DNA from: Armatimonadota bacterium | Lineage (GTDB): Bacteria; Armatimonadota; Zipacnadia; Zipacnadales; UBA5352 | NCBI GenBank assembly: GCA_034722055.1 | Contig: JAYENL010000084.1 | Location: 1 to 11,975 of the forward strand | DNA: 11,975 bases | Reading direction: 5' to 3' | Shown: in pieces, positions 7,376 to 11,975 of the stretch | Position numbering within the stretch: position 1 is the first letter of the stretch | Layout of the letters: each line of letters opens with the position of its first letter | Program-made: the position numbers and the translations under genes | Notes under the pieces: model-generated | What the model was told of the DNA's origin: nothing | Seen by the model: the letters and a program-made list of their open reading frames with translations, nothing else | Databases searched by the model: none

Positions 7376-7384
7376 ATTATAGCA
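7376..7384 (-). promoter_or_regulatory. Extended -10 sigma70-type promoter (TGCTATAAT) for the HAD phosphatase
   Basis: Minus strand reads GTGTGCTATAATGAGC, an exact TGnTATAAT match in very GC-rich DNA just upstream of both candidate starts. No convincing -35. Confidence 0.65.
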
Positions 7385-7474
7385 CACACGCGCCCCCGCC
7401 ACGAGCCGGTCGCCGCGCGGGGTGCGGCCTCAGTCACCCGTTGCAGGCGGGGACATCACGCTGCCGTCGTGGTC

Positions 7475-7554
7475 CGGAGCGGCGGCGTCTTCAGACCCGC
7501 CGGCCGTTTGTCGTCAGGGGTCGCCGTAGCGACCGCGCGAGGCGCCGACCTTAC
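7475..7554. repeat. REP-like palindrome cluster
   Basis: GGAG followed by CGGCGG(C)GTCT-TC-AGACCCGCCG (7480-7502), then GGTCGC-CGTA-GCGACC (7519-7534). An oppositely oriented GTAAGGTCGGCGCCTCGCGC reads on the minus strand from 7554. Confidence 0.45.
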
Positions 7555-7732
7555 GAATCGCACCCGCTTTACGTGCTCTCACCAGACATCCTATCCTGCA
7601 CAGCACGCGCAGATCGCATCCCATGCAGGGAACGACGCCGCCTCGTGGAACCGGTGGGCGATAGTGCCGGGAGTATGCCCAGCGACAGGGACGCAGACTC
7701 CGCAGAGGTCGCAGCCAAAGGGAGCAAGCTCC

Positions 7733-8920
7733 ATGGAGAACCTCGTCTGCCGTGAGATGCGCTGGCCCGATGAGATCGAGCAGATGCTGTCGATCCGCAA
7801 CGCCATCTTCCCACCAATAAGCCGCGAGGACTGGCTCCGCTTCCCGTCCAACACCGCGTCGATGGCCTTTCTTGAGGGCGTGCCCATCGGCGCCATTCCG
7901 CTGGATCAGCGCGTTTTCCAGGTGGCGCCGGGAAGGACCATCGACACCGCCTTCGAGCACGCGGTCGGCACGCGCGAGGACTTTCGGTCTCGCGGCGTGG
8001 GCACCGCTATGATCGACGCCGCCCGCGAGTTCCTTCGCGACCGCGCCGAGGCCCTGATGGTCTACCGCGGCGCCGAGCGCAGCCCCGGCTATCGCTTCTA
8101 CGAGCGCTCCGGCCACCGCGATCTGGTCTACATGCGCACGCTGACGTGGGCGCCGGCCGAGGTCCCGCCGGCCGATACCGCGGTAGGCGGCCTCGATGAC
8201 GCGCTCGCAATCCAGCCGGAGCTGCTGCGCGTGTTCGACGCAGCCTTCGGCAACTACGGGGGCTTTCGGCCGCGCCATGAGGGGTACTGGGAGATGGCGC
8301 TCAGTGACATGATCTTCACCGTCATCCCCCAGGAGATCATACTCGTCCGCCATCCAGCCGAAGGCGATCTGGAGGCCTACTGCATCGCCTCGGTGCGCAC
8401 CGGGGTCCGGCCGCAGGAGAGCCTGAGCATCCTGGAGATCGCGGGCACCGGTGCGGACGCCGTGGCCGAGGTGCTGCGGGGCGTCTGCGCGGAGGGCGCC
8501 CGGCGCGGCTGGCCGGTGACGACCATCGCCTGCGTGGACAGCCCCTACCGGACGCTCATGGGCGAGATGGGCTTCGACGAGGGCCTGCGGCACACCATGA
8601 TCATGGGCCAGGCCATCGCCCCCGCACGGCTCTTCGAGAAGGTCTGCGAGGACTTCGACGCGGTGGCCGGGCTGAAGATCGACATCTGGTCGCCCAGCTT
8701 CGAGCACACCATCTGGGAGGGCCCGGAGGCGAGCCGCCAGATCACCATCGAGGGCAAGGAGCTGCTGCTGCACCGCCTGCTCATGCGCCGGGTAGACGTG
8801 AAGAGCGCTGTGAAATCCGACCTGCTGACGATCGCCAACGAGCGGGCCGACGACCGGGAGCGCCTGGCCGCCGCCCTCCCCTACTGCCCCTGGGAGTACC
8901 ACCGGATCGATTGGACGTAG
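7733..8920 (+). CDS. GNAT-family N-acetyltransferase, Eis-like size and architecture, 395 aa
   Basis: RBS AAAGGGAG upstream of ATG 7733. Acetyl-CoA motif A 'AVGTREDFRSRGVGTAMIDAA' and motif B 'YRFYERSGH'. Followed by a second degenerate GNAT-like region (RPRHEGYW...AYCIA...ILEIAG) and an SCP2-like C-terminus (inference). Confidence 0.82.
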   Translation: MENLVCREMRWPDEIEQMLSIRNAIFPPISREDWLRFPSNTASMAFLEGVPIGAIPLDQRVFQVAPGRTIDTAFEHAVGTREDFRSRGVGTAMIDAAREFLRDRAEALMVYRGAERSPGYRFYERSGHRDLVYMRTLTWAPAEVPPADTAVGGLDDALAIQPELLRVFDAAFGNYGGFRPRHEGYWEMALSDMIFTVIPQEIILVRHPAEGDLEAYCIASVRTGVRPQESLSILEIAGTGADAVAEVLRGVCAEGARRGWPVTTIACVDSPYRTLMGEMGFDEGLRHTMIMGQAIAPARLFEKVCEDFDAVAGLKIDIWSPSFEHTIWEGPEASRQITIEGKELLLHRLLMRRVDVKSAVKSDLLTIANERADDRERLAAALPYCPWEYHRIDWT

Positions 8921-8930
8921 CATGGCGGCC

Positions 8931-9177
8931 GCAAGCTACAAGCCACAAGCTGCACGCTCACGGCAACCACACCACTGAGCGCGGGATATGAGCGGATGTC
9001 GGGCTGGAAGCTGAGAGCGCCCCGCGACGCGCTCTCACCTGCGCCTGACAAGACGATCAGGCGCAGGCCGACCTACGCGATCCACGCGCGGTGATCGATC
9101 TGCGTGTGGTTCATGGTCCTACCCATCGCGCGGCCTTGGCCGTAGCCGTAGCTTGCGGCTTGTAGCCTGTAGCTTCT
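8931..9177. repeat. Element bounded by inverted heptamer arrays, with three internal hairpins
   Basis: Left array GCAAGCT-ACAAGCC-ACAAGCT-GCACGCT (8931-8958) and right array AGCTTGC-GGCTTGT-AGCCTGT-AGCTTCT (9150-9177). 8932-8951 and 9150-9169 are reverse complements at 18/20. Internal hairpins at 9012-9037, 9038-9067 and 9082-9109. Confidence 0.7.
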
Positions 9178-9363
9178 GAACACGCTGCCGCTCGGGACGA
9201 CGAGGGCAGCGGCCCGGCCCCGCCCAGAACCGGCAATCTGACGACGCACTCCTCTAAACCCCTTCCCCCGGCCTACCGATGTACCGGATAGACAGCGCCC
9301 AGAGGCGGCGCCCCACCGCCATCCGCTCGCTGTCATCCTGCTGGCAAGAAGGAGGCACCATGC

Positions 9364-11975
9364 ATGCTGTCTTGCCAGGTGCGCAACTTCCTGTCCGCCG
9401 CCCTACTTTTTGCGGGGACGGTCACCGCCACGGAGGCGCCCCTTGCCGCCGGCTGCCGCGTTACCTTTGAGCGCCCCGCGCGGACCTTCCTGCGCGACGA
9501 GGCCGTGCAGTTTCTGATCCATTCGGACTCCGAGCCCCAGGACGCTCAGTGGCAGATCCATGACTCCTACGGCACACAGTGGGCGGCCGGCTCCGTGCGC
9601 CTGGGCGCGAACACGAGCTCCCTGCGAGTGCGCGAGCAGCTCGGCGTGGGCTACTACACGCTGGGCCTGCAGCTCCCCTCCGGCGATGATGTTGAGGAGG
9701 TCTTCTGCGTGCTCCCGCCGCCCGACGAGGGCCGCGGCCGGGGCGGCATCTTCGGAGTCCATTACCTCCCCCGCTCGGACGAGGAATGGCAGATCCTCCA
9801 GCAGATGGGCACTCGGCATCTGCGGGCGGAGTGCCCCTGGACGGTCATCGAGCCCGAAATGGGCGAGTTCGACACCCGCATGGTGGACGGCTTCATCGAG
9901 CACGCGCTGGAGCATGACATGCAGCTCACCGTGCTCACGGGGCACACGCCGCGGCACTACAGCGAGAAGCCGATCGATGCCGAGGGCCGCGTGGCCACAG
10001 CCTGGTACACCTGGCAGCCGAAGACCACCGTGACGTGGTATCGCTTCATCGACATGATGGGCCGGCGGCTGCTGAACCGGCGACTCCCTGCGCCCCCCTC
10101 CCACCCCGCTGACACGCTCCCGCGCTCCGGCAGGCCCCTGGTGGTGGCATGGGAGGTGTGGAGCGAGGCCGACCAGAACTTCTACTACGGCGACTGGGAC
10201 CGCTATCTGGACATGCTCCGCATCGCCTACTGCGCGCTGCGGGACTACGAGCGCGTCCCCATCGTCTACGGCTCCTGCGGCCACTGGACAGAGATGAGCA
10301 TCACGGTGGCCGCGAACTGCTCGGACTACTTCGACCGCATGGCCTATCACCCCTTCGGCGACGACCCCGACTACGAGCTGATGCACTGGTTCCGGAATAT
10401 GCCCCAGGTGCTCCTCAGGGCCGGCGCCCCCCGGGAGACGGCCTTCACCGAGGTGGACTTCCACGCCGCCGAGCGGGAGCGCGAGGCGGGCTTCATCCTG
10501 CGCCTCTACGCCACCCTCCGGGCCTTCCGCCAGCGCCACTACATCCGCTCCGGATGCACCGGCGGGGTCATCACCGGCGGGGGAAGGCACTACGCTCTGG
10601 TGGATCGCGTCGAGGACGGCTATCGCCCTCGCCCCGCCTACGTGGCCTGGGCCGTGGCCCGCTGGCTGCTGGAGGATGCCGAGTACATCGGCCCGCTCAA
10701 CGCCCCCGACGGGGCCCGGCTGGAGCTGTTCTTGCGCAACGGCGTGCCGGTGGCTGTGGCCTGGACCGAGGGCGGCACGGCAACGATCCGCCTCGACGTC
10801 GCCAGTCAGGCGCAGCGGATGACGTGCCTGGGGCGGCGCACTGGCCTGCAGGGCCCCACGGCCACGATCGAGGTCGGCCAGGACGCTTGCGCCATCCTGG
10901 GGGTCTCGTGGCGCTATCTTCGCGAGGCCGTCACCAACGCTCTGGAGCGGCGCCTTACCACCGAGCTCGACCACGAGAGCCCGCACAACTCGGCGTACCT
11001 CGATCCGCTGGAGGAGGACGCGGCCGCCTGCGTAGCGGCCGACTTTCCGGATCGGCTGCGCGAGGCCGTGGACGAGGCCTGTGACCGCTACGAGCGCCGT
11101 CCGGCCCACGGGGCAGCCGCCTTCTTTAAGGTCCAGCGAACACTCGGCGCGGGGATGTTGCAGGCGGTCAGGAACGGCCGCGCCGCCGGCGAGCTGCGGC
11201 CCATCCACACCAACACCATCTGGCGGCTGGCGCAGCAGCTCGAGGACCTTGGCGAGGTGGCCGACGCCCTCGGCAAGCGCTGGTGGCGCATGAACAATGT
11301 CACCCCCGATGACATGCAGAAGGTCCGGGAGCAGATCCACGCCATCCGGGAACGGTTCGACGCCGCCCAACGGGGCGCGGAGTGCCCCTTCGCGGACCGA
11401 CTACTGGACCGCGCCGTCGAGCAGCTCCGCCTCGTCACCCACAGCGGCGGCCATCGGCGCGGTGCCTGGTGGGCGGCGGTGCTGCAGGTGCGCACCGCTC
11501 ACGCCCTCACCGCCGTCGAGCCGCCTGGCCTGCGCAGGCTCTTCGTCGCCCTGCACTTCCCCACCGGCAGGCCGGTCACGAAGGGCACGCTGCTGGAGCC
11601 GGGACCCCACCAGGTCATCACGGCCCGGGTCTACAACTTCCTCTCCCGCGATGTCTCCGGGACACTGCACCTGCAGATGCCGGAGGACTGGCACTGCGAG
11701 ACCCCCACAGTGGCGTTCAGTGCGCCGCCAGGCGGCTGTTCCGAATCTATCCCCGTGAGCTTCGATATCCCCGATGAGCCCACTCCCTGGGTGCAGAAGG
11801 CGGCCTGGCGTACGGCCGGGACCCTGCTCGTCGATCTGCCGGAGCCCCTGCCTGCCAACGAGGAGATACTGGTCACCGCCGACCTCGGCGGCGGGCTGCA
11901 GACCCCGCCGATGCGCTATCGCCTCTGTGTCGGGGGCTACCCCTCCCGTGCCACCGAGATCGATTGGGACGTCCG
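9364..11975 (+). CDS. Large secreted clan GH-A glycoside hydrolase-like protein (GH39/GH5-like barrel plus C-terminal domains), 3'-truncated by the window, at least 870 aa
   Basis: Translated by hand. GGAGG (9351-9355), 8 nt, then ATG 9364: MLSCQVRNFLSAALLFAGTVTA... The frame stays open to the window end. Motifs: GYYTL, IFGVH, LRAECPWTVIEPEMGEFD, WEVWSEAD (10150-10173), AYHPF, AFTEVDF (E at 10450-10452), PRPAYVAW, and a late NEW3-like 'ARVYNFLSRDVSGTLHLQMPEDW'. Confidence 0.85.
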   Translation, partial: MLSCQVRNFLSAALLFAGTVTATEAPLAAGCRVTFERPARTFLRDEAVQFLIHSDSEPQDAQWQIHDSYGTQWAAGSVRLGANTSSLRVREQLGVGYYTLGLQLPSGDDVEEVFCVLPPPDEGRGRGGIFGVHYLPRSDEEWQILQQMGTRHLRAECPWTVIEPEMGEFDTRMVDGFIEHALEHDMQLTVLTGHTPRHYSEKPIDAEGRVATAWYTWQPKTTVTWYRFIDMMGRRLLNRRLPAPPSHPADTLPRSGRPLVVAWEVWSEADQNFYYGDWDRYLDMLRIAYCALRDYERVPIVYGSCGHWTEMSITVAANCSDYFDRMAYHPFGDDPDYELMHWFRNMPQVLLRAGAPRETAFTEVDFHAAEREREAGFILRLYATLRAFRQRHYIRSGCTGGVITGGGRHYALVDRVEDGYRPRPAYVAWAVARWLLEDAEYIGPLNAPDGARLELFLRNGVPVAVAWTEGGTATIRLDVASQAQRMTCLGRRTGLQGPTATIEVGQDACAILGVSWRYLREAVTNALERRLTTELDHESPHNSAYLDPLEEDAAACVAADFPDRLREAVDEACDRYERRPAHGAAAFFKVQRTLGAGMLQAVRNGRAAGELRPIHTNTIWRLAQQLEDLGEVADALGKRWWRMNNVTPDDMQKVREQIHAIRERFDAAQRGAECPFADRLLDRAVEQLRLVTHSGGHRRGAWWAAVLQVRTAHALTAVEPPGLRRLFVALHFPTGRPVTKGTLLEPGPHQVITARVYNFLSRDVSGTLHLQMPEDWHCETPTVAFSAPPGGCSESIPVSFDIPDEPTPWVQKAAWRTAGTLLVDLPEPLPANEEILVTADLGGGLQTPPMRYRLCVGGYPSRATEIDWDV

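Noticed and set aside
7568..7597. TTTACG-18-TATCCT promoter for the GNAT gene
   Set aside because: Plausible, but too degenerate to support without transcription-start data.
7088..7732. N-terminal extension of the GNAT ORF
   Set aside because: It overlaps the HAD gene and the REP-like region. A strong RBS marks ATG 7733.
9403..11370. 655-aa minus-strand ORF (also 7514-8923, 3789-4598, 4632-5516, and 3107-3910 on the + strand)
   Set aside because: These are antisense shadows of real genes, typical of high-GC codon bias, and they have no motifs of their own.
11953..11972. Similarity of ACCGAGATCGATTGGGACGT to the GNAT 3' end (ACCGGATCGATTGGACGT, 8901-8918) as a possible att or target-site repeat
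   Set aside because: The match needs two indels, both sites encode Ile-Asp-Trp, and no integrase is present. Most likely coincidence.

Overview
High-GC bacterial chromosomal window with seven protein-coding genes and no recognisable rRNA, tRNA, CRISPR array, integrase or transposase. In order: a secreted DUF4838-type protein (421-2856 +), a small exported hypothetical protein (2873-3631 -), mutL (3801-5579 +), a lipoprotein with a Gly/Pro/Met/Glu linker and TPR (5856-6452 +), an MtnX-like HAD-IB phosphatase (6599-7324 -), an Eis-like GNAT acetyltransferase (7733-8920 +), and a large secreted clan GH-A glycoside-hydrolase-like protein (9364 to beyond 11975, +) that the ORF track missed because it has no stop in the window. 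The less ordinary signal is mostly non-coding, since most of the larger intergenic gaps hold palindromic elements. These are a 120-bp tandem duplication built from REP/REPIN-like doublets with different internal hairpin cargo (1-359), a 146-nt extended hairpin after mutL, a perfect 17-bp palindrome, another REP-like cluster (7475-7554), and a ~250-bp element bounded by inverted heptamer arrays that encloses three hairpins (8931-9177). The MutL endonuclease motifs (DQHRAAERVIAD, CPHGDP) and the GH-A acid/base motif (WSEA) both deviate from consensus. All family calls come from motif recognition by eye; no searches were run. I cannot show a complete new system from this window alone.
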